Below are positions 37,705 to 48,641 of a stretch of DNA of 64,000 bases, one piece after another. Source of the stretch: Minisyncoccota bacterium. Its GTDB lineage: Bacteria > Patescibacteriota > Microgenomatia > UBA1400 > PJMF01. Under the pieces are notes generated by a model, which saw nothing but the letters and a program-made list of their open reading frames with translations, searched no databases and had not been told where the DNA came from. Every line of letters starts with the position of its first letter. Positions within the stretch are counted from its first letter, which is position 1. The stretch is from assembly GCA_009991965.1 (NCBI GenBank), contig JAACWQ010000006.1:7174-71173 (forward strand), in the 5' to 3' direction. The translations under genes were made by a program, and so were the position numbers.

Positions 37705-38786
37705 CGCGAACAAAAATACAACATACGAGTGTTGCGCGCTGGCTTTTTTTGATTACTGGGCTTCTCACTCTCATAGGAATTATCTTTGTGTTTGAAAGCT
37801 CCATAAACGAAAGCTACCGAACCTTTGGCACGCCGTATGCGCTCATTACTCAACAGCTGTTAGGTATTGGTATAGGAGTCGGCGCGTTTATAGCTGCTAG
37901 TCTTATACCGACTACATTTTGGAATCGATTTGGCCCCAGTCTGTACATATTTGGAATACTCTTACTACTACTCGTGTTTGTGCCGGTCGTTGGCCTCAAG
38001 TTGAACGGGGCACGACGCTGGATAAATCTTGGCTTCATGGTTTTGCAACCAGTTGAAATAATGAAGTTTGCGCTTGTAGCTGGTTTCGCTCATTGGTTTG
38101 CAAAAAAACAGCGCATTCGTCCATTTTTGCTGCTGACAGCACTCCCGCTAGGGTTACTTCTTCTGCAGCCAGACCTTGGCTCTACACTGCTACTCAGCAC
38201 TATCGCGGTTGGCATTTTCTTTCTCGCGGGTGGCTCGATAAAAAAACTAGCACTCGTTGGCCTGATCTGCACACCGCTACTGCTTCTCGCTGTGTTTACT
38301 TCTCCATATCGCTTGGACCGCGTCAAAACCTTTTTCAACCCGACGAGTGATCTGCAGGGCACAGGTTTTCATGTCGCACAAATTGCACTCGCATTTGGAC
38401 GTGGCGGTTGGTTTGGTCACGGTATTGGCAACTCACAACAAAAACTCTCATACCTACCTGAATCAAGCACTGACTCAATTTTTGCTATTGTTGGCGAAGA
38501 ACTTGGGTTTGTCGGTGCCTTTGTCATAGTAATACTTTTTTCACTGCTATTTCTCTACCTCTATCGCGCAGCAGCACAGCTCGAATCAAAACCAGAGCAA
38601 CAGCTACTCGTATACGGTATACTCCTCTGGTTTGCGGGGCAAACCTTCTTAAATCTACTTGCCACAGTTGGCCTCATTCCACTGACGGGTGAGCCCTTGC
38701 CATTTTTCTCGTATGGAAGATCGTCTTTGATCATGTTATTGTTTGCCTCAGGCGTGGTAATTCGCGCCGCTCGAGAATCAGCATGA
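37701..38786 (+). CDS. ftsW: SEDS-family peptidoglycan glycosyltransferase FtsW
   Basis: NGARRWINLGFMVLQPVEIMKFALV...PESSTDSIFAIVGEELGFVG are SEDS motifs. ORF track start 37617 overlaps mraY by 88 nt; the ATG at 37701 gives an ATGA overlap. Confidence 0.85.
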   Translation: MTRTKIQHTSVARWLFLITGLLTLIGIIFVFESSINESYRTFGTPYALITQQLLGIGIGVGAFIAASLIPTTFWNRFGPSLYIFGILLLLLVFVPVVGLKLNGARRWINLGFMVLQPVEIMKFALVAGFAHWFAKKQRIRPFLLLTALPLGLLLLQPDLGSTLLLSTIAVGIFFLAGGSIKKLALVGLICTPLLLLAVFTSPYRLDRVKTFFNPTSDLQGTGFHVAQIALAFGRGGWFGHGIGNSQQKLSYLPESSTDSIFAIVGEELGFVGAFVIVILFSLLFLYLYRAAAQLESKPEQQLLVYGILLWFAGQTFLNLLATVGLIPLTGEPLPFFSYGRSSLIMLLFASGVVIRAARESA

Positions 38787-39901
38787 AAATACTAACAACC
38801 GGTGGACATCTTACCCCTGCACTCGCATTCATCGACTATGTCTTGGGTCAATCTGATCCAGAATTTGTTTTTTTAGGCAGAAAGTTTTCTCAAATAGAAA
38901 ACCAACAACGCTCTCACGAAAGCCAAGCGATCGCCGAGCGAAAAATAAAATTTGTCCAATTTCAATCTGGCAAACTCTCCTATCACTCGCCACTGCAATT
39001 ATTTGCACAAACTTGGCAAGTATTACTTGGCTTTGTCAAAGCAACGCAAATTTTGAAAGCAGAAAAACCAGACGTAGTTGTGTTGTTTGGCGGCTATTTG
39101 GCAGTTCCCGTCGCAATTGCAAGTTGGTTAAAACGCATACCTGTTATCACGCATGAGCAGACTGCGGTAGCCAGCCTGAGCAACCAAATAATTGGCCTGT
39201 TTAGCAAAAAAATTGCCGTGTCTCACACTACAGCACTGACACAATTTCCGTTTAAAAAAGCAGTTTTTACCGGAAATTTACTGCGACAAAAGCTGGAGGA
39301 GAAAAACCCAACCACACCGAGCTGGTATAAATCAACAGAAAAACATCCATTGCTCTATGTAACAGGCGGCAATCAAGGTTCGCAGGTAATCAACGCGACA
39401 ATTACCCAAATTTTGCCACAGCTGACAAAAGATTGGGTAGTAATTCATCAGTGTGGAGCTCCAACCAAGCAAACAAATTACCGCCAACAGTTGCAGAATG
39501 AAATGTTGCGCCTCTCCCAACCGGCACAAAGTCGTTACTATGTGAAAGAGTGGATCACAGAAGAGGAATTGACCTGGATTTACAAACAAGCCAGCGCGGT
39601 TATCTCCAGAGCAGGTGCCAACACTACCTTCGAGCTGCAACACTTTGGTATTCCAACTATCTTCATTCCATTGCCATTTTCACACAAACAAGAACAGCTG
39701 AAAAACGCTGAACTTGCAGTAAAATCTGGTGGGTCAATCGTACTATCGCAAAAGCATCTCACGCCAGAAACACTCCTCGCTGCACTCAAAACACTTTCAC
39801 TCACTTTAGGATCTCGCAGGAAAAAAATGTTACTGCACGACGGCAATACACAGGGCACAAAAAAACTCTGGAAGCTTGTCAAATCCTACGCAACAAAATG
39901 A
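38783..39901 (+). CDS. murG: undecaprenyldiphospho-muramoylpentapeptide beta-N-acetylglucosaminyltransferase MurG
   Basis: MKILTTGGHLTPALAF N-terminal G-loop, and C-terminal ...VISRAGANTTFELQHFGIPTIFIP (GT28). Confidence 0.85.
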   Translation: MKILTTGGHLTPALAFIDYVLGQSDPEFVFLGRKFSQIENQQRSHESQAIAERKIKFVQFQSGKLSYHSPLQLFAQTWQVLLGFVKATQILKAEKPDVVVLFGGYLAVPVAIASWLKRIPVITHEQTAVASLSNQIIGLFSKKIAVSHTTALTQFPFKKAVFTGNLLRQKLEEKNPTTPSWYKSTEKHPLLYVTGGNQGSQVINATITQILPQLTKDWVVIHQCGAPTKQTNYRQQLQNEMLRLSQPAQSRYYVKEWITEEELTWIYKQASAVISRAGANTTFELQHFGIPTIFIPLPFSHKQEQLKNAELAVKSGGSIVLSQKHLTPETLLAALKTLSLTLGSRRKKMLLHDGNTQGTKKLWKLVKSYATK

Positions 39902-40572
39902 AACGATATCTTACTGGATGGAGCGGTAGCTGGGTAGTTTTTTTAGTATTAATTGCTTGCTCGTATCTATTTCTACGTATCCAAACCATTGTGTGTCACA
40001 CTACGGCCGCATCGACCTGTCCAGACGAACAGCTGCTTGCAAAACTCAAGACAACGTCATTATTTTTTACTGACTTTACGCAGCATCCCATCATTGTTGC
40101 GTATGCAGCCGAACATAATTTAGAACTCGAACGATATGAGCTGCGATTGCCGCAAACACTCGTACTCTACTTTCAAAATAAACCACTTGCATACACCATA
40201 CAACTTGATTCTGGAGAATTATATGGTGTTTCTGAATCTGGAACTAGCGAGTTGCTCACCGCATCTGCGACAAATTCCGACGTGCTTCTAAAAGGAGCAT
40301 TCAACTTGTCGCCAGAACTGCACACATTCCTCCAAGCATTCGTTGCGAGAGATAAAACCCCGCTCCTCACAACCACACTGATTGCAAAGCCAGATTTTGT
40401 GGAGCTCAAGTCAACAGATGGGGTTCGAATATTTCTGCCTTATACAAACTCAAAAATGAAGATTGAACAATTGCAACAAATTCTCCAGTCACCAGCCGTC
40501 ACAGAACTTGATGAGCCACTACGAGAAATTGACCTGCGATTTGATCTACCACTACTACGCACTCAACAATAA
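39898..40572 (+). CDS. FtsQ/DivIB-like cell division protein (N-terminal TM plus POTRA-like domain)
   Basis: TM WVVFLVLIACSYLFL. 224 aa. Position between murG and ftsA. No strong motif. Confidence 0.45.
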   Translation: MKRYLTGWSGSWVVFLVLIACSYLFLRIQTIVCHTTAASTCPDEQLLAKLKTTSLFFTDFTQHPIIVAYAAEHNLELERYELRLPQTLVLYFQNKPLAYTIQLDSGELYGVSESGTSELLTASATNSDVLLKGAFNLSPELHTFLQAFVARDKTPLLTTTLIAKPDFVELKSTDGVRIFLPYTNSKMKIEQLQQILQSPAVTELDEPLREIDLRFDLPLLRTQQ

Positions 40573-40600
40573 TTTTGCTATGCTACTCGCACGCTACTAT

Positions 40601-41905
40601 ATGCCAACACACTCGATAGTTACCGCCATTGACCTTGGTACAGACAAATGTGCCACTCTGATCGCAACGATTGACGAAGGACAAAAGCTGCAAGTTCTCG
40701 GTGTCAGTGTCGTGTCATCTCGAGGAATGCGAAAAAGCCAAATCATCGATCTGGAGAAAGTTCTCGACACCATCACTCAAAGTCTTGATGGCGCCGAGCG
40801 GATGGCGGGGCTGGAAGTAAAATCAGCCTATGTTTCAGTTGGTGGCACGCACATTCAATCTCTCAACTCCAAGGGTGTTGTTGCCGTTGCCTCACCACAA
40901 CAAGAAATCACCAGATCAGATGTAGATCGGGTAACAGAAGCCGCACGAGCGGTGTCCCTGCCTTCAGATCGTCAAATCATTCATGTCATCCCAAATGCCT
41001 ACAAGGTCGACTCGCAAGAAGGTATTAAAGACCCAGTCGGCATGACTGGCGTGCGCCTTGAATCCGAGGCTCATATAATTACTGGGCTCAATACAACGCT
41101 TATTAATATAGAAAAGTGTTTGACGGATCTGGGATTACAAGTTGATGGTTTTGTTTTTTCTGGACTCGCAGCCGCCGATGTCACATTGACAGAAACGGAA
41201 AAAGAACTTGGCGTGGCACTAGTAGATATTGGCGCTGGTTCTACATCAATCTGTGCCTATCAAGAAGGTTCTCTGGTTTTTTCCGCCTCACTACCAGTTG
41301 GCGCTCGACACATCACGCAAGATATTGCCCTCGGTTGCAGGGTAAGTTTGGAAACAGCAGAAAAAATCAAGATCTCACTTTCAGACGAAGCGCTCGATGC
41401 TCAAAAGCCACTCCCTGGGGAGTCAAAAGAGGATTTTGGTTCAAGAAAAAAGAAACAAGATACGCTTCGGCTACAAGACTTTGGGCTCGTTGACGGCAGC
41501 GATGAAGTGCTCTCAAAAAAAGCTATTTCCGAAGGCATCATGATTCCACGCATGCAAGAAATTTTTTCACTCATAGAAAAAGCGTTGGATGACGCAGGCA
41601 TTCTCGATGAAATCCCAGCTGGCTTAGTTCTCACGGGTGGGGGAGCAAGCACGCAAGATATGGCTTCAGTTGGAAAGAAAGAACTGCGTGTTGCCGTACG
41701 GGTAGGAGAGCCAACTGTGTTAAGTGGCCTCACCAACGATATCCACAAACCTTCATTTGCAACTGCAATTGGTCTCCTTGAATTTGGTAAAAAGCTCGGC
41801 GGCAGTACACAAAAACGATCGTTCTCACTTAAAGGATTACCGAGCTTCAATCTCGGCGGTGTATTTTCATCAGTAAAACGACTGCTTTCTTCGCTCCTTC
41901 CGTAG
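40601..41905 (+). CDS. ftsA: cell division protein FtsA
   Basis: IVTAIDLGTDKCATLIA, compare E. coli VVGLEIGTAKVAALVG. Actin-fold phosphate motifs VDIGAGSTSI and LTGGGAS. ORF track start 40463 overlaps the previous gene; the ATG at 40601 is the likelier start. Confidence 0.9.
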   Translation: MPTHSIVTAIDLGTDKCATLIATIDEGQKLQVLGVSVVSSRGMRKSQIIDLEKVLDTITQSLDGAERMAGLEVKSAYVSVGGTHIQSLNSKGVVAVASPQQEITRSDVDRVTEAARAVSLPSDRQIIHVIPNAYKVDSQEGIKDPVGMTGVRLESEAHIITGLNTTLINIEKCLTDLGLQVDGFVFSGLAAADVTLTETEKELGVALVDIGAGSTSICAYQEGSLVFSASLPVGARHITQDIALGCRVSLETAEKIKISLSDEALDAQKPLPGESKEDFGSRKKKQDTLRLQDFGLVDGSDEVLSKKAISEGIMIPRMQEIFSLIEKALDDAGILDEIPAGLVLTGGGASTQDMASVGKKELRVAVRVGEPTVLSGLTNDIHKPSFATAIGLLEFGKKLGGSTQKRSFSLKGLPSFNLGGVFSSVKRLLSSLLP

Positions 41906-41963
41906 GGTATACTAGGCCAGTTGATTCTCGGACTATAAATGATACACTGCGAGATATATCGAT

Positions 41964-43232
41964 ATGGCACTTGTTAAACCCTCAAATACTACCTTCGCAA
42001 AAATCAAAGTAATTGGCATCGGAGGCGGTGGCAGCAATGCAGTCAATTCGATGATTACATCCAAGCAAATTCAGGGTGTGGAGTTTATTGCAATCAACAC
42101 AGATGCACAGGCACTGCTCACTTCCCAGGCAGAAACAAAACTGCAAATCGGCTCAAACTTTACCAAAGGTCTCGGCTCCGGTGCAGACCCAGAAGTTGGC
42201 AAAACTGCAGCCGAAGAATCCTACGAAAAACTCAAGGATCTCCTCTACGATACAGACATGGTTTTTATCACTGCAGGTATGGGTGGCGGCACTGGTACTG
42301 GCGCATCGCCGATCGTAGCTGAAATTGCCAAACAATCGGGTGCACTCACGGTCGCAGTTGTCACCAAACCCTTTGCCTTCGAAGGCACTCGCCGCATGAC
42401 CTCCGCAGAAGAAGGTATTGGGCTGCTCAGAGACACGGTAGATACACTCATTGTGATTCCAAATCAACGTCTGATGGACGTGGTGGACAAAAAAATGACG
42501 TTGCTCGACGCATTCCGCTTAGCTGATAACGTGCTTGGACAGGGCGTACAAGGCATTTCTGACCTCATCACCGTACCTGGCCTCATCAACGTTGACTTTG
42601 CAGATGTCAAAACAATCATGACAGATTCTGGCTCAGCCCTCATGGGCATTGGAGAAGCCAGTGGCGAAAACCGCGCTTCTACTGCTGCTCGCATGGCTAT
42701 AGCGTCACCATTACTTGAGGTATCAATTGAAGGCGCGAGAGGCATTTTGTTTAACATCATCGGCGGTTCAGACATGACAATGACCGAAGTTTCTGACGCA
42801 TCTCAAATTATCTCAAACGCAGCAGACCCGCAAGCAAATGTTATTTTTGGAGCGACTATCGACGAAACAATGGGCAATAGCATAAAGATTAGTGTGATTG
42901 CAACGGGGTTTGACGAACGACAAATGGGTTTTGCAGGTTCCAAACGTCAAATGTTTGGCGCCTACAGCGGAGAATCTCAATCGAGAATGCCAAAGCAAAA
43001 AACAGAAGATGCGCCGCAAATCACAAAAATTGATCGAGCTCCAGACGGCTATACACAGCCACTCACAACGACACAGATTACCTCAAGCAGACCAAGCGAA
43101 AGTCCCTTCGTACAATCGGAAGATTTTGAACCAGAACAGCCAAGTCGTGTAAACAAAACACAGAGCGTCACCGCAGCAACAGAGTTTGAAGATGAGTTTG
43201 AAATTCCTGCGTTCTTGCGAAAAAAGCACTAG
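41964..43232 (+). CDS. ftsZ: cell division GTPase FtsZ
   Basis: [17 protein letters not shown], tubulin signature [17 protein letters not shown], and a long disordered C-terminal tail ending ...EIPAFLRKK. Confidence 0.95.
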   Translation: MALVKPSNTTFAKIKVIGIGGGGSNAVNSMITSKQIQGVEFIAINTDAQALLTSQAETKLQIGSNFTKGLGSGADPEVGKTAAEESYEKLKDLLYDTDMVFITAGMGGGTGTGASPIVAEIAKQSGALTVAVVTKPFAFEGTRRMTSAEEGIGLLRDTVDTLIVIPNQRLMDVVDKKMTLLDAFRLADNVLGQGVQGISDLITVPGLINVDFADVKTIMTDSGSALMGIGEASGENRASTAARMAIASPLLEVSIEGARGILFNIIGGSDMTMTEVSDASQIISNAADPQANVIFGATIDETMGNSIKISVIATGFDERQMGFAGSKRQMFGAYSGESQSRMPKQKTEDAPQITKIDRAPDGYTQPLTTTQITSSRPSESPFVQSEDFEPEQPSRVNKTQSVTAATEFEDEFEIPAFLRKKH

Positions 43233-43270
43233 CCAATTAGCGAGCTTTCGCTGATAGACTAGAGTACAGC

Positions 43271-46087
43271 ATGTCAAAAACAGTTCAATCATTTCCCACC
43301 ACACTTGATCTCCCGCAACTAGAACGTTCGCAGTTGGAGTATTGGCGACAAAATAACACTTTTGAGAAAAGTGTTTCAAATCGTCCAAAAGATAAGCAAT
43401 ATGTGTTTTACGATGGACCACCATTTGCGACCGGCATGCCACACTACGGCCACCTACTCGGCTCAACAAGCAAGGATGTTTTTCCGCGTTACTGGACAAT
43501 GAAGGGTTACCGAGTCGAACGCGTCTGGGGCTGGGATTGTCACGGCCTGCCAATCGAAAATATGATCGAGAAAAAACTCGGCCTCACACACGGAAAAAAT
43601 GAAATTGAAGCATACGGTATCGATCGCTTTAATGCAGCTTGTCGCTCAGAAGTACTTCGCCTCGATGGCGAATGGAAAACAATCATCGAACGCCTCGGTC
43701 GCTGGGCAGATTTCGATAATAACTACAAAACAATGGACCGCACATACATGGAATCAGTTTGGTGGGGATTCAAACAACTATCCGAAAAAGGCCATATTTA
43801 TCAGGGTAAAAAGGTTATTCTGTATTGTTCTCGCTGCACAACCCCACTGTCCAATTTTGAAATTGCCATGGACAATAGTTACAGCACTGTCACAGATACT
43901 GCGACCACCTATAAATACAAAATTAGCGGCACAAAAAACCAGTACCTGCTCGCATGGTCAACCACGCCGTGGAACAAGTTGGCCACGCCAGCACTTGCTG
44001 TACACCCAACTCTTGAATATGTGACCGTACGACAAGGAGATGCAGAGTACATTCTGGCAAAAAGTCGTCTGGAAATGCTCGAGGATAAGCCATACGAAAT
44101 TGTTACTCAGCAGTTGGGCGCAGACCTCACGAAGCTCGAGTTTGAACCACACTTTGACTTTTATCCAAATCGTGAAAACGGCGAAAAATTTGGCGTCATA
44201 GTCGCAGATGAGTTTGTAACTGACAGTGAGGGTACCGGCATTGTAACCCTCGCTGCCTACGGCGAAGACGACTATCGCATCATGCAAGAACACTGTATTC
44301 AAGTGATTGAACACGTTGATGAACACGGAAAATTGAAGGCCGAGCTAGGTAGCTGGGTAGGGAAGTCTATCAATGAGGCCAACTCAGTTGTTGATGATGC
44401 ACTGCTCGAGCGAGGCTTAGTCTACAAACAGGAGGCTCATACACACAGTGTGGCTGAGTGCTATCGCTGTGGCACACGCCTCTACCATGCTCCGCTGCCA
44501 GCTTGGTTCGTCAATGTACAAAAACTTAAACCCGCCCTCAAAGATGCGAACGAACAAATGAATTGGTATCCAGAGCACCTGAAGCAAGGTCGTTTTGGTA
44601 ACGGACTTTCGACAGCACCCGATTGGAATATCTCTCGCTCTCGCTATTGGGGAACACCGCTCCCAATTTGGCGATCCGAAGATGGCAAAGAGCGAATTGT
44701 TGGCTCAATTGCAGAACTACAAGAGTGGGCATGTCAGCCAAACGAAGTGGTAAATCTGACCGATATTCATCGAGAAAGTATTGATGCTATCAAAGTATGG
44801 ATTGACGACGAAAAGACAATTGTTGGAACTAGAGTACCAGAAGTTTTTGACTGTTGGGTCGAGTCTGGCTCAATGCCATTTGCCTCACGCCACTATCCAT
44901 TCGAAAATGAAAAAGAATTTGAGAGCTCATATCCCGCTCAATTTGTTAGTGAATACATCGCACAAACAAGAGCCTGGTTCTATACCATGCACGTCTTGTC
45001 TGTCGGAATATTTGGCAAACCAGCGGTAGAGAATACCCTCACCACCGGCACTATTTTGGCAGAAGATGGCTCAAAAATGAGCAAGTCAAAAAATAACTTC
45101 CCAGATCCAATGCAAGTGATTGATACTTTTGGCGCCGATAGCTTACGTCTGTATCTCATGAGCTCACCCGTGATGAAGTCAGAAAATCTGAGTTTTAATG
45201 AAAAAGAAGTCTCAGATATTCGAAAGAAAGTATTTCTCATTTGGTACAACTGTATTTCGCTCTACAAACTCAATAATCCAAAAAATGAACCACTCAAGCA
45301 AGTAACCACAAAACCAAAAAATGTCCTTGATCGATGGATTTTGAGTAGAGTGCAAACATACATTGCGAGCACGACACGTGATATGGATGCGTACAACGTA
45401 GTCGATTCAGCTCGGGGCTTAATGCAGTTACTCAACGAAATTTCTACCTGGTATGTTCGTCGCAGTCGAGATCGATTGGCAGACTCAGAAAATACTGAAT
45501 CACTCGCTGTATATGGTACTGTCCTCTGGCAACTTGCTCTGCTGTTTGCGCCAATTACTCCATTCTTTGCTGAGTTTGTGCACCAACAAATATCTGACGA
45601 AAACTCAAGTATTCACTTACTTGATTGGCCAACACCAAACACCAAATTACTCGATACAAATCTAGAACAAGAAATGGCCGTTATCAGGAAAGTTGTAGAG
45701 CAGGCACACGCTGCTCGAGCCGCGGCAGGCATTAAAATTCGCCAACCACTTGGCACTATTGTGGTCTGGGACACGACAAAAAAGCCAAGTGAAGAGACGT
45801 TGGCTGTTCTCAAAGCTGAAACAAACATCAAAAATGTCACTTGGACACAAACAACAGAGCAACAACGTGTCGAGCTCGATACAAACCTAACACCAGAACT
45901 TGCGACTGAGGGCGCTGCTAGAGACCTGATGCGATCGATTCAAGTCTTGCGTAAAAAACAAGGTCTTTCCAGAGGTGAACACGCAACAGTCACAGTCAAG
46001 GAAATTCCAACTGGCTGGCAAGACGAGATTGAGAGAAAAACCGGCACAAACCTTACCATTGGGCCAGAACTCTCGCTCGTACTTTGA
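43271..46087 (+). CDS. ileS: isoleucine--tRNA ligase, type 2 (eukaryote-like)
   Basis: FYDGPPFATGMPHYGHLLGSTSKDVFPRYWTMKGYRVERVWGWDCHGLPIE and KMSKSKNNFPDPMQVIDTFGADSLRLYLMSSPV match the eukaryote-type IleRS pattern (PPFATGLPHYGH ... KMSKRLKNYPDP ... GADALRLYL). Confidence 0.9.
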   Translation: MSKTVQSFPTTLDLPQLERSQLEYWRQNNTFEKSVSNRPKDKQYVFYDGPPFATGMPHYGHLLGSTSKDVFPRYWTMKGYRVERVWGWDCHGLPIENMIEKKLGLTHGKNEIEAYGIDRFNAACRSEVLRLDGEWKTIIERLGRWADFDNNYKTMDRTYMESVWWGFKQLSEKGHIYQGKKVILYCSRCTTPLSNFEIAMDNSYSTVTDTATTYKYKISGTKNQYLLAWSTTPWNKLATPALAVHPTLEYVTVRQGDAEYILAKSRLEMLEDKPYEIVTQQLGADLTKLEFEPHFDFYPNRENGEKFGVIVADEFVTDSEGTGIVTLAAYGEDDYRIMQEHCIQVIEHVDEHGKLKAELGSWVGKSINEANSVVDDALLERGLVYKQEAHTHSVAECYRCGTRLYHAPLPAWFVNVQKLKPALKDANEQMNWYPEHLKQGRFGNGLSTAPDWNISRSRYWGTPLPIWRSEDGKERIVGSIAELQEWACQPNEVVNLTDIHRESIDAIKVWIDDEKTIVGTRVPEVFDCWVESGSMPFASRHYPFENEKEFESSYPAQFVSEYIAQTRAWFYTMHVLSVGIFGKPAVENTLTTGTILAEDGSKMSKSKNNFPDPMQVIDTFGADSLRLYLMSSPVMKSENLSFNEKEVSDIRKKVFLIWYNCISLYKLNNPKNEPLKQVTTKPKNVLDRWILSRVQTYIASTTRDMDAYNVVDSARGLMQLLNEISTWYVRRSRDRLADSENTESLAVYGTVLWQLALLFAPITPFFAEFVHQQISDENSSIHLLDWPTPNTKLLDTNLEQEMAVIRKVVEQAHAARAAAGIKIRQPLGTIVVWDTTKKPSEETLAVLKAETNIKNVTWTQTTEQQRVELDTNLTPELATEGAARDLMRSIQVLRKKQGLSRGEHATVTVKEIPTGWQDEIERKTGTNLTIGPELSLVL

Positions 46088-47145
46088 TGAAGCACCTTTT
46101 TCTACCAACTATACTTGGATGCTTTACAATTTTGAGCAGCACCACGCTATTTGGTCTTGATCCATCACTTGCCCTCCGACAGCTGCTCTATTTTTTGGTA
46201 GGATTCGGCGCTTTTTTTGGCATAAAAAGGTACTCTTTTGCAAAAATTCTCTCCCACGCCAACCTGTTCTATTACGCCACCATCACACTCCTCGTTGTTG
46301 TGCTGCTTTTCTCTTCTGAAGTAAGAAATACAAATCGATGGATCTCACTGGGATTCTTCAATCTCCAACCGTCTCAATTTGCTATACCATCACTCGTCCT
46401 GATGCTCTCGGGTATAACCAAGAAAAAAACATCACTACGAATACTAACGAGCATGGCAATTATCACCCTAGTACCTGCGGTGCTCATTTTTCTACAACCA
46501 AATCTCAGCATGACGCTGCTTATCTTGTGTACAGCTGGTGCAGCTTTTTGGCTCCAACCAATCCCTCTAAAAGCATATTTGTTTGGGGGTGTTGTCTGCA
46601 TTCTGCTTACAGCTGTAAGTTGGGCATTTCTTTTGCAACCGTACCAAAAGAGCCGAGTAGAAAGCTTCTTGCAACCGAGCCAAGAAATGTCAGCCGCTAC
46701 CTACAACGTAGAACAATCAAAAATAGCCGTTGGCTCAGGCAGATTATTTGGCAGAGGCATGCAACACGGTACGCAATCACAACTACAATTTTTGCCAGAA
46801 AAAGAAACTGATTTTATTTTTGCATCGTTTTCAGAAGAGTTTGGCCTGATTGGTTCGATAACGTTACTCGGTCTGTACCTCAGTTTACTTATATATGTAC
46901 TCAATTTGCTGCAAAAAACTGCTACAACAACAAGCAAAACTTTTTTGGTCAGTGTCTTCGTGCTTTTGCTTGCACAGGTGAGTATAAACATCGGTATGAA
47001 TTTGGGGTTACTGCCCGTTACAGGCGTCGCGCTGCCACTGTTATCTTATGGCGGAAGCTCGCTGCTCAGCACCTGTCTTATTTTTGGAGTGATCCAAAGC
47101 ATTGCAATCGAGACGGGGAACCGCTCGCACCTTCAAATTGAGTGA
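46084..47145 (+). CDS. SEDS-family protein (RodA-like second paralogue)
   Basis: NTNRWISLGFFNLQPSQFAIPSLVLML...PEKETDFIFASFSEEFGLIGS. ATGA overlap with ileS. Confidence 0.8.
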   Translation: MMKHLFLPTILGCFTILSSTTLFGLDPSLALRQLLYFLVGFGAFFGIKRYSFAKILSHANLFYYATITLLVVVLLFSSEVRNTNRWISLGFFNLQPSQFAIPSLVLMLSGITKKKTSLRILTSMAIITLVPAVLIFLQPNLSMTLLILCTAGAAFWLQPIPLKAYLFGGVVCILLTAVSWAFLLQPYQKSRVESFLQPSQEMSAATYNVEQSKIAVGSGRLFGRGMQHGTQSQLQFLPEKETDFIFASFSEEFGLIGSITLLGLYLSLLIYVLNLLQKTATTTSKTFLVSVFVLLLAQVSINIGMNLGLLPVTGVALPLLSYGGSSLLSTCLIFGVIQSIAIETGNRSHLQIE

Positions 47146-47168
47146 AATCATGGTATACTACCGACCTT

Positions 47169-47504
47169 ATGACAAACCCAAGTTCACTCTTCGCAGTTAT
47201 TCAGTTGGCCGGAAAACAATTTCTGGTTGAAGAAGGCATGAGTCTCATCGTTCCTCGACTCAAAACAGAAGAGGGTGAGAAGTTTGTCATTCCAGACGTT
47301 CTCTTGGTCCAAAACGACAAAGCTTGTAGCGTCGGAGCTCCAACTGTTGTTGGCGCAAGCGTCACCGCAGTCCTCGACAAGCAGCAACGAGCACCAAAAA
47401 TCCGCGTTGCAACCTACAAATCTAAATCCAGACAGCGCAGAGTGCTTGGCCATCGCCAGCCAGAGTCCGTTATCACTATCGAGAAAATTTCTCTAAAAAA
47501 GTAA
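47169..47504 (+). CDS. rplU: 50S ribosomal protein L21
   Basis: FAVIQLAGKQFLVEEG...RVLGHRQ, compare E. coli YAVFQSGGKQHRVSEG...QQGHRQ. ORF track start is 47142; the ATG at 47169 is preferred. Confidence 0.85.
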   Translation: MTNPSSLFAVIQLAGKQFLVEEGMSLIVPRLKTEEGEKFVIPDVLLVQNDKACSVGAPTVVGASVTAVLDKQQRAPKIRVATYKSKSRQRRVLGHRQPESVITIEKISLKK

Positions 47505-47509
47505 ACTGC

Positions 47510-48640
47510 ATGCACACCTACTTCTTTCAGCTTGGCACTACCAGCAAGCTTTCTTTTGCCGAACTTGTCAGTGTAGTCGATGAGCAATCACTCGAGAAGA
47601 TTACTGATCAAATCATCAGCCTAGAAACAAAAGATGATCTAGACGTTCAAGAATTACAAAATCGCCTTGGTGGTTGTGTAAAAATACTCCAAAGTCTCAC
47701 TGTACTTCTTGCGGTAACTCCTAGAGATATTGCTGAAGCCATAGCCGTACATGCCGCCGAAGGTCGTATCAACTTTGCATTTGGAGAATTTAACCGCGGT
47801 GAAGAAGACAAAATCGATGCTGGAGAAATCAAAAAAGAATTAGTGCTACTTGGCAGATCAGCCCGTTTTGTCGATGGCAATCGATCTGGAATTTCTGCAG
47901 CAGTGCTACTGCACCAACACAAAGTGCAAGAATTTATTGTTGTAACAACTCCGTCGTCTTCTTACCTAACCCGCACCGTGGCAGTCCAAAATATTGATGA
48001 CTGGACAGTCAGAGATCGAAAAAAACCATACGCTGACAGAAAAAAGGGTATGCTGCCACCAAAAGTCGCTCGAATGCTACTGAACATCAACCGATCATTT
48101 GACGAATCAGAAAAAAGAGTAGTACTCGACCCATTTTGTGGTTCTGGCAACATATTACTCGAAAACGCTGTGCTCGATGATGCAGGAGTAGGAATTGATC
48201 TCGACAAAAATTCTGTGACCGGAACTATAGATAATCTCAGGTGGTTTAGTGAAACATACCAAAAACCACACAATCAGCAGGTACATCTTGGCGACGCTAC
48301 CCACGTTCCAGAGCAAGTTTCACACATCATTACAGCTATCGTAACAGAACCATTTTTGGGCAGACCAAAACCAAAACCGGAGCAAGTTCCGGACATCTTT
48401 CGGGGACTTGAAAAATTATATTTGGGCGCTTTCAAAAACTGGAAAACATTTTTGCCAAACGGAGCACCGGTCACCATTGTTTTTCCACACACCACGGTCA
48501 AAGACGTCGAGTTCAACATGGACCACTTGATTGACAAACTTTTGCCTCTCGGATACACTACTGTATCTGGTCCGCTGAAATACAGCAGACCTGACGCAAT
48601 TGTCAGTCGTTCAATTTATACGTTTATACTGAAAAAATAA
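47510..48640 (+). CDS. putative class I SAM-dependent RNA methyltransferase (THUMP/UPF0020-like)
   Basis: Motif [15 protein letters not shown] (DPFxGSGT-type), a possible substrate-binding motif TEPFLGRP in place of (D/N)PP(Y/F), and the upstream [14 protein letters not shown] as in RlmL/Trm11-type enzymes. Confidence 0.55.
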   Translation: MHTYFFQLGTTSKLSFAELVSVVDEQSLEKITDQIISLETKDDLDVQELQNRLGGCVKILQSLTVLLAVTPRDIAEAIAVHAAEGRINFAFGEFNRGEEDKIDAGEIKKELVLLGRSARFVDGNRSGISAAVLLHQHKVQEFIVVTTPSSSYLTRTVAVQNIDDWTVRDRKKPYADRKKGMLPPKVARMLLNINRSFDESEKRVVLDPFCGSGNILLENAVLDDAGVGIDLDKNSVTGTIDNLRWFSETYQKPHNQQVHLGDATHVPEQVSHIITAIVTEPFLGRPKPKPEQVPDIFRGLEKLYLGAFKNWKTFLPNGAPVTIVFPHTTVKDVEFNMDHLIDKLLPLGYTTVSGPLKYSRPDAIVSRSIYTFILKK

Positions 48641-48641
48641 T

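Noticed and set aside
41401-41970. Long antisense ORFs (41401..41970 -, 29807..30322 -, 59388..60059 -, 62354..62941 -, 63023..63562 -, 56836..57243 -, 36097..36576 -) inside ftsA, ftsI, dnaE, gatC and murA
   Set aside because: Each lies entirely opposite a strongly supported housekeeping gene with clear motifs. Their compositions are Ser/Cys/Arg-rich, as expected of shadow frames. No independent coding evidence.
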